Source: a virus
Taxonomy: Duplodnaviria; Caudoviricetes
Direction: 5' to 3' (one strand)
Length of the DNA stretch: 64,000 bases
IMG/VR virus record: IMGVR_UViG_2595698902_000001
Span: 1-64,000 of that record
In this document: piece after piece, positions 46,483-56,198 of the stretch
Position numbering within the stretch: the first letter of the stretch is position 1
How the letters are laid out: each line of letters begins with the position of its first letter
Position numbers and translations under genes: made by a program
The notes under the pieces: generated by a model
Seen by the model: only the letters and a program-made list of their open reading frames with translations
Told to the model about the DNA's origin: nothing
Database searches by the model: none

Positions 46483-48430
46483 ATTTCTTTCTAAAGTCTG
46501 CGATTGGGATAATCGGAATGTCCAGCTTGTTCGCCTCTGCGGTCTTGTTATTAGACGCATTTTTGTCTTTCACAATCAGCAGTGTGGCCTGCTTAACCGT
46601 CGAGGCAATTTTCCCGCCGTTTGCGACAATCCAATCTTGTGCCTGTTGGTCGCGCACGGAAGTAAACAGTACAGCTTGATCCTTCATTTTAGAACCCGTT
46701 ACCGCTTTCTTTTCCTGCACAACCAATGTGATGCCGTTACGTCGCAGGAACTTCGCAAACACTTTGAAGTTCTCTGCGATTTGTGTAGCCAATTCTTTGA
46801 AGCCGCGCACGTTGCGAATCATACGGTCGAGGTCGCGAACGGTCGTGGTTTCTGCGGCTGCAATTTCCAGAATATCAGGGATCGCTTCGATTAACGCAGT
46901 AATGCGTTTCTCGCCGATGCCTTCACCGAATGCAGCAGAACCGCGTGCCACGTTCAAGAATGTCATCTTGCTTTTCGTGGTTTGCAGATTCTTGTGAAGC
47001 TCTTTTGCGCTGCGCTCTGCGTAGCCGGGCAACGCCAGAATATCCTGCACTTTCAAGCGCAGAATTTTCTTCACCGTGTCGTAACCAGCGTCAACCAATT
47101 TAGTGACCACGCCTTGCTTAACACCGTCGATTTCCAGCACGGTAAAGAAGTGAGTCAATTCCTTGATTGTTCGCAGGCTGGATTTCCCTTCCTCATGCAC
47201 CGCATACAGGAACGCACCTTTGCGCACAAATGGAACATCGGGAACAGCTGGCGCACGGGCCGCTTTCACAACTTCCATAATGTACGGAATTACATCACCG
47301 GAACGCACGGCACGAATGACCGCACCCTTGCCAAGTGGACGTGGTTTGTATGGAGGTTTCCCGCCATTCTTTTTCACGTCTTCGCGGCTATAACCGTTCT
47401 CGATATATTCGTAGTTGTGCGCAGTGAAACTGGTCACTTCTACGCCGCCAATAATGGTCGGATCGATCTTGATAACCTGCGTGATTTTTCCAAGGCGCGA
47501 CTCTTCAAAAACAACATCCACAACTTCGACCAGCACGGAGGAAGCGAGGCTGTTAATCTTGAACGCGTAGGAGTGCGTCGGGTAGCCGCCAGTGATTTTG
47601 TACGGAACGTTTTGGGTAACAACAATCCCGTCAATATCGCGACCGGCATCGCCTTTACGCTGGTCGTGAAATTCGGCCAGAATATCAGCAGTGATTTTCT
47701 TCACCACCATATGCGGCACAACATCGAACTTCCATTTCTCCAGCAAAGCGAGCTGCTCATTCAGCGGCTGGCCTGCGCCTTTGCCTTTCAGAATCTCATA
47801 GCAAACCACACGAAATCGTTTCATGTGAGGATTCGCTTCGTTTCGATTCAGCAGACCTGCGCCCATGTTACGGGAAGTCTTGTAGTCAGAGGCAAAGTAT
47901 TTCTGGAATACCGCTTTGTCTGCCGTGAATTCCGCACGCACGATCAGGCGACCTTTGTACGAAATGTTTTTCGGCAGCTTGAGGTATTTTAGTGCTTTAG
48001 AAACGTCTTTGCCGACCACACCGGTTTTACCCCGCGTAGTCAGCAAAATTGGATTGCCGTCTAGGTACGTAACGGCCAAGGAAATTCCGTCTTCCTTGTC
48101 CGATATTGTATAGCTGGACGCCTTCATAAATGCGTGCTGCTTCACCGGGCTAAGTGTGTGGAACTTATCCAGCGAAGACATTGGAACTTCTAGATCAATA
48201 TCGACGTTTTTGGAACCGCCAACATCCTTTGCTGTCTTTTTCTTTTTGGAAATCGACCAACGATAATCGTCCATGATATCGTAAGCTTCATCGCTCAGAA
48301 CTTCTTTGCCTTCGCGATAGCGCGTATCCAGCTCTTCCAGTACCGCATTCAATTCAGCGAGCGGCAACGATTGTGCAAACTTGAGGGGTTCACGCTTCAT
48401 TGCCCGCTTTTGTTCCAGCGTAAATTTCAT
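46472..48430 (-). CDS. ligA: NAD+-dependent DNA ligase
   Basis: Y......SD..YD, PMSSL, KEDG, TRG, IDGIVV, AFK, RSGDVIP, HhH and BRCT-like C-terminus. Confidence 0.92.
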   Translation of the reverse strand: MKFTLEQKRAMKREPLKFAQSLPLAELNAVLEELDTRYREGKEVLSDEAYDIMDDYRWSISKKKKTAKDVGGSKNVDIDLEVPMSSLDKFHTLSPVKQHAFMKASSYTISDKEDGISLAVTYLDGNPILLTTRGKTGVVGKDVSKALKYLKLPKNISYKGRLIVRAEFTADKAVFQKYFASDYKTSRNMGAGLLNRNEANPHMKRFRVVCYEILKGKGAGQPLNEQLALLEKWKFDVVPHMVVKKITADILAEFHDQRKGDAGRDIDGIVVTQNVPYKITGGYPTHSYAFKINSLASSVLVEVVDVVFEESRLGKITQVIKIDPTIIGGVEVTSFTAHNYEYIENGYSREDVKKNGGKPPYKPRPLGKGAVIRAVRSGDVIPYIMEVVKAARAPAVPDVPFVRKGAFLYAVHEEGKSSLRTIKELTHFFTVLEIDGVKQGVVTKLVDAGYDTVKKILRLKVQDILALPGYAERSAKELHKNLQTTKSKMTFLNVARGSAAFGEGIGEKRITALIEAIPDILEIAAAETTTVRDLDRMIRNVRGFKELATQIAENFKVFAKFLRRNGITLVVQEKKAVTGSKMKDQAVLFTSVRDQQAQDWIVANGGKIASTVKQATLLIVKDKNASNNKTAEANKLDIPIIPIADFRKKYGI

Positions 48431-49704
48431 AGACGTTTTCCGGCGCTCATTTCAAGGTCTGCCGCTTTGGTCATAACCTTATCCAGCTCTTCGCCAACAA
48501 GGGTACGGCCCGGCGTTACGGATTTCATATTGCGCAAGTCTTCCATTGCTGGCACGTTGTAATGCCGCAATGCTTTCGACTCTTCGTTATACAGCAGGAG
48601 GATATCGGTCAAACCGTTTTCCTCAATGGAAACGACAACCCATTCATCACCTTTTTTCGTGGTGAGAACCAAACCTTCGTGGGCCATTACAGACTCAGGA
48701 TCGTCAACGATTTCACCCTCTTCGTCAACCTCTTGGTCCTTATGGTAATCCATTTCAGGATCGTCTTCGATTTCGTCGTCCTCTTCCTCATTATTTACAG
48801 TATTGTCGTCATAATACTCAAGCTCTTCGTCCTCAACATCAGGCGTCGGATTGAGCAATTCTTCCTCTTCTTCGTCCTCGAAATCAAACTCTTCATCCAT
48901 GTCCACGTAGTCGTAAGTGGAAACGAGCGGTTTGATTCGCGCTGCGTGGTCGGAGTCGCTGGTGCCATCGCTGGTTTTTCCAACGTGTTCCTTTTCCACA
49001 TTGTATTTTTTCGGGATACGAATGCGGCGCGAGGGACGCTCTACCTTGCTGTCGATATCTGCAAAGGTGACAATACCTTTTTGCTGTTGGGCAGCGTGCT
49101 GAATATCAGAGTTGTTCGTGATGGTTTCGTACAGGTCGTGCGAAATGTTGATGCGTTCCTCGGTTGGCAGGATCAGGTATCCGCCGTGCGATTTACGCGA
49201 GTATCGCATACCGATCACATCGCCTTCATGCAAAGGCTTGCGACTTGCTTTGTGTGTTTTCGTGTAGACTGGCGTGGTGCGCATAACGCGGCGCCACTGG
49301 TAATCCGCACGGTCGTAGCTGTCGGTTTCGCGTGGGCTTTTTGGTGCTACCCAAAATTGCGATTCCAGTTTGTCGTTTGCCAGTTTCGCTTTGCGCATGG
49401 GCGAATAGCGCTGGCCTTCTTTTTTGGGTTTATCCGGCGTACCAGTGTAGTCTTTGAACTGGTGGATAAATTCCTTGATCGTCTCTTCCTTGATCGCCCG
49501 GTAAACCTTTTGCGGATACTTGGCGAGAACTACCTGATATGCCCCGGTCGTAGGGCCGCGTGTGGCCTTGCGAAAACCAATCAAATCATCAGGATCAACA
49601 GTAACAGGCGTGCCGTCCAAATCCAGCTTGAACGATTTACCTGCGTTGTACATCCATTCAAATTGTTTGAAATCCGCCGCCGCTGCTGCTAGGGAAATAA
49701 TCAT
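48427..49704 (-). CDS. acidic-tract protein with duplicated D.IG.R domain (probable virion/head protein)
   Basis: DLIGFRK / DVIGMRY repeats; D/E-rich segment. Confidence 0.6.
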   Translation of the reverse strand: MIISLAAAAADFKQFEWMYNAGKSFKLDLDGTPVTVDPDDLIGFRKATRGPTTGAYQVVLAKYPQKVYRAIKEETIKEFIHQFKDYTGTPDKPKKEGQRYSPMRKAKLANDKLESQFWVAPKSPRETDSYDRADYQWRRVMRTTPVYTKTHKASRKPLHEGDVIGMRYSRKSHGGYLILPTEERINISHDLYETITNNSDIQHAAQQQKGIVTFADIDSKVERPSRRIRIPKKYNVEKEHVGKTSDGTSDSDHAARIKPLVSTYDYVDMDEEFDFEDEEEEELLNPTPDVEDEELEYYDDNTVNNEEEDDEIEDDPEMDYHKDQEVDEEGEIVDDPESVMAHEGLVLTTKKGDEWVVVSIEENGLTDILLLYNEESKALRHYNVPAMEDLRNMKSVTPGRTLVGEELDKVMTKAADLEMSAGKRL

Positions 49705-51353
49705 ACTACTTCAATCTCTTTTATGGCGGACACGGTTTCATGCTGCAACGTATAGAAAACGTAGAGCACACGTTTACCCGGAACCGTGGCAGTCACCATA
49801 CCGAAATCGATATTCACATCGGTTTCACTAACCCACTTGGCGTTTACTGGGCGCTCAGAACCATCGCTGAATTTTGCGTTAGCGGTGAACTGGGTCGGGG
49901 TATCTGCACGAATGGCATCAGGACCGTCGATGGAAATCGAAATTGGGTAAATGGTAACGTCGATAATGACCAGCGGCAGCGAAGCGCTCAGCGGGACTCC
50001 CGAAATCGAAGTCGAAGCGCTAACCACAAGCTCTGCCGTTTCCATTACCTGCTCTGCATACAGCACACCAGACGGAGTAATCGTCGCAATGTTTTCGTTC
50101 GACAAACTCCAATTTGCAGGCAATACCGAATCGGTGCCGTCCGCGTAAACAACGTGGAATTTCAGCGATTGGTATTCGCCAACGTACATCGGGCTTCGCA
50201 GCTCGATATAGCAGGACACAGGCGCCACCGGAGACGGAACAATATCCACGGTTTTATATGCGACAATATCGCCGTATTCCGCCATCAGGTTTACAGGGAT
50301 TTCCCCGCTCACTTGAGAGGCTGCGTAGAACTGGTTTCCTTCAATGCGGCCAGCAATCGAAGAGGTCTGAATTCTCGCGTTAACCGCCTTGCGGGTGCCG
50401 TTGCTGAAAACCAATGTCGTGTAATACTGCACGACCAAACCTTCACGCACTCGCGCAGGCCCTTCAATCTCCAGCGAAACGGGGCGAACAGTAATGTCCA
50501 CTACGCTCAATTGCAGCGAGGCGCTAATGGGCAAATCGTCGTAAACGTAAGTGCCGATAATTGTGGTGTCTTCCACGGAATCAACAGAGGCCGCGACAAA
50601 GTTTCCGTTACAGTCAATCGCGCCCGCTTTTGGATTCGTGTTGAACCACGATGCCTGTACTTCCCGATGCTTGTTATTGTCGAACAAAACATCCAATGCA
50701 AATTTCGCACAACCACGCTCCACCAAAACGGCAGGGCCGTGCATGGATGCGCTAACTGGATAAATGGACGAATCCACAACCAGTACATCAATGTGCGCAT
50801 TTGCAGTTACAGAACCCACGGTGTAAGTGGCGGTGAAACGCACCGACGCACTACCGCGAATTTTCAGAAAATGAGCCACACCATTTACGCCAACGGTGGC
50901 AATAGATGGGCGGTTAGAAGCAAACGACGTTGGTGTAACTTGCCGCACAGTCCCGTCGCTAAAACGTGCGTTTACAACATAAATGCCTTCGCTATTCCGC
51001 GCTACTTCTTTTTCGCCAGTGATGGTGATAGACGTTAAGGTCGCTGGCGTATCAACGTCGCGCACCACAACAATTGTGTTTGCCGTCAGGAAAGTGCCAG
51101 TTTCTTCATGAAAATATTGGCCATTAACCTGCACGTTACGGGTGCCACTGGATACAGTACCTGCGGTAAACAATCCGGTAGAACTAACCGATCCATATTG
51201 GCTGTTCGGCACGGACCAAACGGTATCGTTTTCCACATAAACTTTTGAGTTGTCGTCAAAAGTCAGCAGTGCCCGCATTTGAAACGTTAAGCGTTCTGGA
51301 ATAGGCGCATCAGGTCCGACCAAATCCAGTTGTACCGGCCATAATTCTGCCAT
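49701..51353 (-). CDS. tandem Ig-like (Big_2-type) fibre protein
   Basis: Repeated P.SI.I.GP...F.DG...W...A.I...G modules. Confidence 0.8.
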   Translation of the reverse strand: MAELWPVQLDLVGPDAPIPERLTFQMRALLTFDDNSKVYVENDTVWSVPNSQYGSVSSTGLFTAGTVSSGTRNVQVNGQYFHEETGTFLTANTIVVVRDVDTPATLTSITITGEKEVARNSEGIYVVNARFSDGTVRQVTPTSFASNRPSIATVGVNGVAHFLKIRGSASVRFTATYTVGSVTANAHIDVLVVDSSIYPVSASMHGPAVLVERGCAKFALDVLFDNNKHREVQASWFNTNPKAGAIDCNGNFVAASVDSVEDTTIIGTYVYDDLPISASLQLSVVDITVRPVSLEIEGPARVREGLVVQYYTTLVFSNGTRKAVNARIQTSSIAGRIEGNQFYAASQVSGEIPVNLMAEYGDIVAYKTVDIVPSPVAPVSCYIELRSPMYVGEYQSLKFHVVYADGTDSVLPANWSLSNENIATITPSGVLYAEQVMETAELVVSASTSISGVPLSASLPLVIIDVTIYPISISIDGPDAIRADTPTQFTANAKFSDGSERPVNAKWVSETDVNIDFGMVTATVPGKRVLYVFYTLQHETVSAIKEIEVV

Positions 51354-51375
51354 GACTTTTTCTCCGCAAACGAGA

Positions 51376-51407
51376 AAAAGCTGGCTACTCGAAAGTAGCC
51401 AGCTTTT
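51376..51407 (-). terminator. perfect hairpin terminator
   Basis: AAAAGCTGGCTACT-CGAA-AGTAGCCAGCTTTT. Confidence 0.8.
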
Positions 51408-51412
51408 CACCC

Positions 51413-53761
51413 TTAAACGTAACGGATGGAGTGGTTATCGGTACGCGGGCTGAACTGGGCTGTGGTAGTAGCAGCACTACGCACAATAATCCAATCCTGC
51501 ATACCGTTACCGTCGTCGTATTGCACGGTCATGGTTTTCGGCAGGTTCGCATCGTAGCCCGGCAGGCCTTCGTTGTTACCCAGCAAATCAGTGCGATACA
51601 TAATACCGTCAAAGGTAACTTGGAAACCGTTTGCCAAGTCGATAATGAACGTACCGCCTGCGGACTTCGGCCACATCAAGTAGATATAATCATCCACTTC
51701 AATTGTGGTCGTGATAGTTTTCGCAGCATCGCCCGGTTTCAGGTCAAGAGTATTAGTCATGACTTTCGACACGAAATCATTCAGGCCAGTCCAACGGGTA
51801 TACGGACGCCCGGTGGAATCCAGATTTGCACCCGGCGCATTAGTCAGCGATACGCCATAATCCAATTCTTCCTGAGTGATTTCAGAAGCGATAGGACCGC
51901 CAGTGAATTCACGGTTGCTAAACATCGCAGTACCGTAACGCAGCTGGGGCAATACCGACGCGCCGGTCGCAACAGTGATGGATTTCGCAGCATTAAGGTT
52001 AACGCCGTCTTCACTGTAGGTCGCAACAATGTTGGTATTTCCGTCTGCAACGCCGGTAGCCAGACCGCTAGAGTTAACGGTTGCGGCAGCGGTGTTAGAC
52101 GACGCCCACGACGTTGGGTTTTTAACTTGCGTAGAACCGTCGCCGTAAGTAACGGTGTAGGTGTACTGCGCAGTATTACCAACAGTCAGGCTAGCCAGAC
52201 CAGTTACGGTCGCGGAAACAGGCCAGATTTTGGTGTCGATAATTGCAATGGTTTTCTTCGCGGTAACGGTCAGGCCATTCAAGGTGTAAGACACGTTAAC
52301 TTCTACCGATTTGCTGCCCGGTGCAGTCAGCGGTTTAGCAGTCAGGACGCCGGTTGCAGCGCCAATGGTTGCGTAAGTGCTGGCGGTAACGGACCACGAT
52401 GCGGTTACGTCGGAATTCGTGCCGTCGCTAAATACGACGTGTGCAAGCAGCGTAGTGCTAGCATTTTGATCAACGGAATTTGCGCCGTTAATAACAATCG
52501 AATCCGGGTAAACGTTCGGATCGGTAATGGTCACAGGCAGGGAAGCAGTACGAGTGATTCCGCTGTTAGTGTACGATGCCGAAATAGTGGTTTGTTTATC
52601 GCGAATCTGATTCGGGAACGGAGTCAGCACGCCACCGGTAAACGAACCAGCGCCCGAGTTACTGGACGAGAAAATGTTCGGGGTAACGGTGTTGGACGAA
52701 CCATCCGACCAGTGAGCCAGAACGGTATAAGTACCGGTTTGGTTTTTCTGGAAAGTGGACGGACCAACAATCTCGATATGATCAAGCAGCACAAGGCTAG
52801 GATCACCTTCGATTGTGATAACATAATCCACAAATACAACTTGGCCGCTTTCTTCGTGTTTCCACGATGCGCGAACAGTGACCGGCGTATCAATCGCAAC
52901 CGGGTTAGCGTGGAACACACCGGTATTTGGATTGAGGGTCGCACGCTCTTGGTTATCGCGCAGGGTCCACGTTGCTTGAACGCTGTACAGGTTTTGGCCG
53001 TCGTCCATTACCACGTCAGCGCGCAGAATGTGATTGGAATTTCCTTTCACTTTTTCTACCGGGCCGACAACGGCAATCGAAGCAGGACGTGGGCCGCTGT
53101 AAGCGAATTCAGTAGTCGCAGGCAACCATTCTGCAACAAAGTTTCCGTCTGGCAGCACTTCGGTAATAAACAGCATGGTGCCGTTTGGTGCGTCGGTGCT
53201 TGGAATGGAAACGTATTTATCGGTGCCGTCGCCAGCACTAATCATGGTGCGCGGAATATCCGGGTGCGAATGCGGCGCAGGTTCGCGGGCGTCACTCATA
53301 CGTGGATCATTGTCGCCAACCACAACCGGCTCAGTTTCGCTAGTGGTCGAACCATCAGCGATGAAGAAACCACCAAAACGATCAACCGATGCCAGCGCAG
53401 GACGGAAATCCTGAATTTCACCAACGATTGGGTCAGCTTCTTTTTTGAAATACTGCTCTTCGGTGTAAATCTCTTCAACCGACGACAGTACCGACCACGA
53501 ACCACGATAGTTTTTATCGTCGTATTTTTCTGCGTCAACGCGACGCATCAAAACCTTGTAGTCTTCATGTTCGGGATCAGCGTTGATCCACGAAACGTTG
53601 TAAGGAACAGTCAAGGTATCTGGTTCCAAAAGGGAAACGAGTACGACGAATTGTTTTCCGCCGTACTCTACCAGAATCTCGACCGGGTTTAGGCGAGAAA
53701 GACCGCGATAGTTTTGAGCAATCGCGATTTTCTCGTCAATGAACTCGGCGAGTGTAGGCAT
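51413..53761 (-). CDS. Ig-like repeat fibre protein
   Basis: Four Ig-like repeats (W.SSN..AATV...G); N-terminal DPRMSDAR.P..H.H. Confidence 0.8.
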   Translation of the reverse strand: MPTLAEFIDEKIAIAQNYRGLSRLNPVEILVEYGGKQFVVLVSLLEPDTLTVPYNVSWINADPEHEDYKVLMRRVDAEKYDDKNYRGSWSVLSSVEEIYTEEQYFKKEADPIVGEIQDFRPALASVDRFGGFFIADGSTTSETEPVVVGDNDPRMSDAREPAPHSHPDIPRTMISAGDGTDKYVSIPSTDAPNGTMLFITEVLPDGNFVAEWLPATTEFAYSGPRPASIAVVGPVEKVKGNSNHILRADVVMDDGQNLYSVQATWTLRDNQERATLNPNTGVFHANPVAIDTPVTVRASWKHEESGQVVFVDYVITIEGDPSLVLLDHIEIVGPSTFQKNQTGTYTVLAHWSDGSSNTVTPNIFSSSNSGAGSFTGGVLTPFPNQIRDKQTTISASYTNSGITRTASLPVTITDPNVYPDSIVINGANSVDQNASTTLLAHVVFSDGTNSDVTASWSVTASTYATIGAATGVLTAKPLTAPGSKSVEVNVSYTLNGLTVTAKKTIAIIDTKIWPVSATVTGLASLTVGNTAQYTYTVTYGDGSTQVKNPTSWASSNTAAATVNSSGLATGVADGNTNIVATYSEDGVNLNAAKSITVATGASVLPQLRYGTAMFSNREFTGGPIASEITQEELDYGVSLTNAPGANLDSTGRPYTRWTGLNDFVSKVMTNTLDLKPGDAAKTITTTIEVDDYIYLMWPKSAGGTFIIDLANGFQVTFDGIMYRTDLLGNNEGLPGYDANLPKTMTVQYDDGNGMQDWIIVRSAATTTAQFSPRTDNHSIRYV

Positions 53762-53778
53762 TATTTTCCACCCTGCAA

Positions 53779-54420
53779 TTAACGTTGAATATCGCTGGAA
53801 GTCAGCTGGCGCCATACTGCGTTGCCGCTACCGTTCGATACCAGAGTAGCGCCGACAACTGGGGTCGGGCTATTGCTGATAGAAACAGTAGAATTTTTGG
53901 TTTTGAACATGGTCGCAGGTTTTTCTGCGTGGGTATGTTCGGTAGGCTTACGCGCATCGGAGAGTCGCGGATCGCCTTCACCAACAGCAACAGGAACAGA
54001 ACCAACTTTTGGCGCAACGCTCAGTTTTGCTACGCCCAGCGTGGTGACGGTCGCCGGAGGAACTGGATCATTTTGACTCAGAAGATCGGAATCTTCTTGA
54101 TCATAATATTGATCCACTTCGTACTCGGCCATTGTTTCGATTACTTGCCAAGTGTGAACCGTACCGGCTGCGGCGTCGGCCTGTTTGGAAACGCGGCGGC
54201 GAGCGGCACCGTAGTACGGGCTGGCAGGATTGAAATCGAACCAAATAACGTTAAGCGGCAGGATTTCTTGGTACGGTTCACGCAGCGCAGCCACGTCGCA
54301 ATGAACGCGGCGCACTGTGCTGTTAGAAATGCGGTGAATAATCGGATTGGTTTCATCCATGTTCTGGATGTTGGACAGGACTCGCAGGGAATCCCGAATT
54401 TCTACAAGTTGCTTTTCCAT
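53779..54420 (-). CDS. short fibre/adaptor protein
   Basis: Paralog of the N-terminus of 51413..53761 (P.NV.W, DPRLSDAR.P..H.H). Confidence 0.65.
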   Translation of the reverse strand: MEKQLVEIRDSLRVLSNIQNMDETNPIIHRISNSTVRRVHCDVAALREPYQEILPLNVIWFDFNPASPYYGAARRRVSKQADAAAGTVHTWQVIETMAEYEVDQYYDQEDSDLLSQNDPVPPATVTTLGVAKLSVAPKVGSVPVAVGEGDPRLSDARKPTEHTHAEKPATMFKTKNSTVSISNSPTPVVGATLVSNGSGNAVWRQLTSSDIQR

Positions 54421-54423
54421 GAA

Positions 54424-56064
54424 TTAACCCTCTTGGAAATCGATGGACGAACCGAAGTTCCGAATGTCGGCGGTAAGCGAAACGCGTTTCGCAGGAATGG
54501 ACGGGTCGAGTACGAAATCGAGTTTCATATCGTTATTTGCAATCACGTCCGGGGTGTTGTTGGTCGTATCGCAAATGGTTGCCCAGCCAGTCAGGCCACG
54601 GTTACGCTTGATAACCCGCGCTTCTGTGTCCACCAGATTTTTGAGCTTTTTCCGCTCGAAATCATTGTTCGGGTTAAATACCGAAGGCAGGAACGATTTA
54701 CGAACCATTGCCTTGATACCGTTAACCAGACGGCGAACGTTAACGTTCTGGAAGTGCGACGGGAACGCCTGCAAAGTATTCTGTTCCATGATCACATAAC
54801 CACGGCCCGGAATCCGGCGAATGTAGTTAATCTGCGCTTGTTCCAATGCGTTGCGTTCTTGCAGGTTGTATTTCTTGGACAGGCCGGTAACTTTGACTTG
54901 ACCGCGATCCAAACCAGCTGGCGCCCAGTAGTATTTACGCACGCGGTCGGTGTACGCGTATGCAGCGGCAACCATGCCGGAAACTGGGCACATGAAACGA
55001 CGCCCAGTAACGTCATCTGTTACTTCGCCACGCGGACCGTACAGAGTGCCGTAGCTGCTGTTTACGTTGAGGATATTTCGACGGTAGTTTACAGCGCGAG
55101 AAACTTCCTCATATGCGTATGGCAAATCCATGATTGGAATTGCATCACCGCGTTTCTCTGCAATGCTCACCATATGGCGCTGAATTGCAGGGGTTTCGTA
55201 ACCGGCGCCGATCAGCAATTGCACGTCGTATTGGTCGGTATCTTCAATGCCGTCCCACGCTGCAATAATCTGACTTTCGCTTGGGCGATTACCGTCTTCG
55301 CCGCCGTCCAGACGTTCAAACGCGGTGGTACGGATTTCAACAGCCGGGCAAAGCTGGTTATTTTTGACCTTAATGTATTTCGAGAAGGTGTTAACCCGCT
55401 GCTCGACATACATTTGATTTTGTTCGCCGTCCAGCTCGTATTTACGCGAGCACAGGAACGATTCTACAGGGACGCTGGAATTACCGGAATAATTCAGGAA
55501 AACGTCAATGTAGAAATGAGTCGGGTCGTTAAACGCGCCGATTTCAGTTCCTTCCGGGTTTGCCGGGCGGACGCGGACGCTAATGGCTTTCGACCATTCG
55601 CCCGGAGAATTCGCGCAGATGAAAAGCAGGGCATTAGAGACGCCCGGAGTGCCGACAACAAAACCCAGCTCGGTCAGTGGATCGCCAAGCACGCCTTGCG
55701 GCTGGTTAGTACCGTTGTCGAAATTCACCAGTTTAATCACTGGTTCGGTTGCGCCAAGATCGTCAACGCTGAGGTAGGCGCCAGCGGTTCGGGCAGTCGC
55801 GGAATCAACCGCACGTTTTACCCAAAGAACAGTTTCCGCCAACGTGTGTTCGGCGCAGTGCATACCGAAAGCGTATTTGGAAATGTCTTTAATGCCGAAC
55901 TTCGTTTTCAGATCGCCGGTATCAGTAACGCGAACCCAATTGCGGGTATCGCCTTTCTGCGCCTCGATCACAATAGCGCCAACGGAGCTACTAACCTGCG
56001 AACCACGGATCGAACCGTCAAGATCGCGGTCATACACACCAGCGCTGGAGTCTAGAAAAGCCAT
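54424..56064 (-). CDS. tail sheath protein 2
   Basis: AGVY..D, SPGEW, WAPAG..RG, NVRRL, ICD..NN. Confidence 0.9.
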   Translation of the reverse strand: MAFLDSSAGVYDRDLDGSIRGSQVSSSVGAIVIEAQKGDTRNWVRVTDTGDLKTKFGIKDISKYAFGMHCAEHTLAETVLWVKRAVDSATARTAGAYLSVDDLGATEPVIKLVNFDNGTNQPQGVLGDPLTELGFVVGTPGVSNALLFICANSPGEWSKAISVRVRPANPEGTEIGAFNDPTHFYIDVFLNYSGNSSVPVESFLCSRKYELDGEQNQMYVEQRVNTFSKYIKVKNNQLCPAVEIRTTAFERLDGGEDGNRPSESQIIAAWDGIEDTDQYDVQLLIGAGYETPAIQRHMVSIAEKRGDAIPIMDLPYAYEEVSRAVNYRRNILNVNSSYGTLYGPRGEVTDDVTGRRFMCPVSGMVAAAYAYTDRVRKYYWAPAGLDRGQVKVTGLSKKYNLQERNALEQAQINYIRRIPGRGYVIMEQNTLQAFPSHFQNVNVRRLVNGIKAMVRKSFLPSVFNPNNDFERKKLKNLVDTEARVIKRNRGLTGWATICDTTNNTPDVIANNDMKLDFVLDPSIPAKRVSLTADIRNFGSSIDFQEG

Positions 56065-56174
56065 GTAGAACCCCTTGTATGGTTGGAATACGGGAAAAGA
56101 AAAATGCGCTCAAATGAACGCAATTCCTGTATTTAAATTACATAAAGGGGATTTAATGACTTATTTCAGGCAAT

Positions 56175-56198
56175 AAAAAAGGGCCACGAAGGCCCTTT
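56175..56198 (-). terminator. intrinsic terminator
   Basis: AAAAAAGGGCC-ACGAA-GGCCCTTT. Confidence 0.75.
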
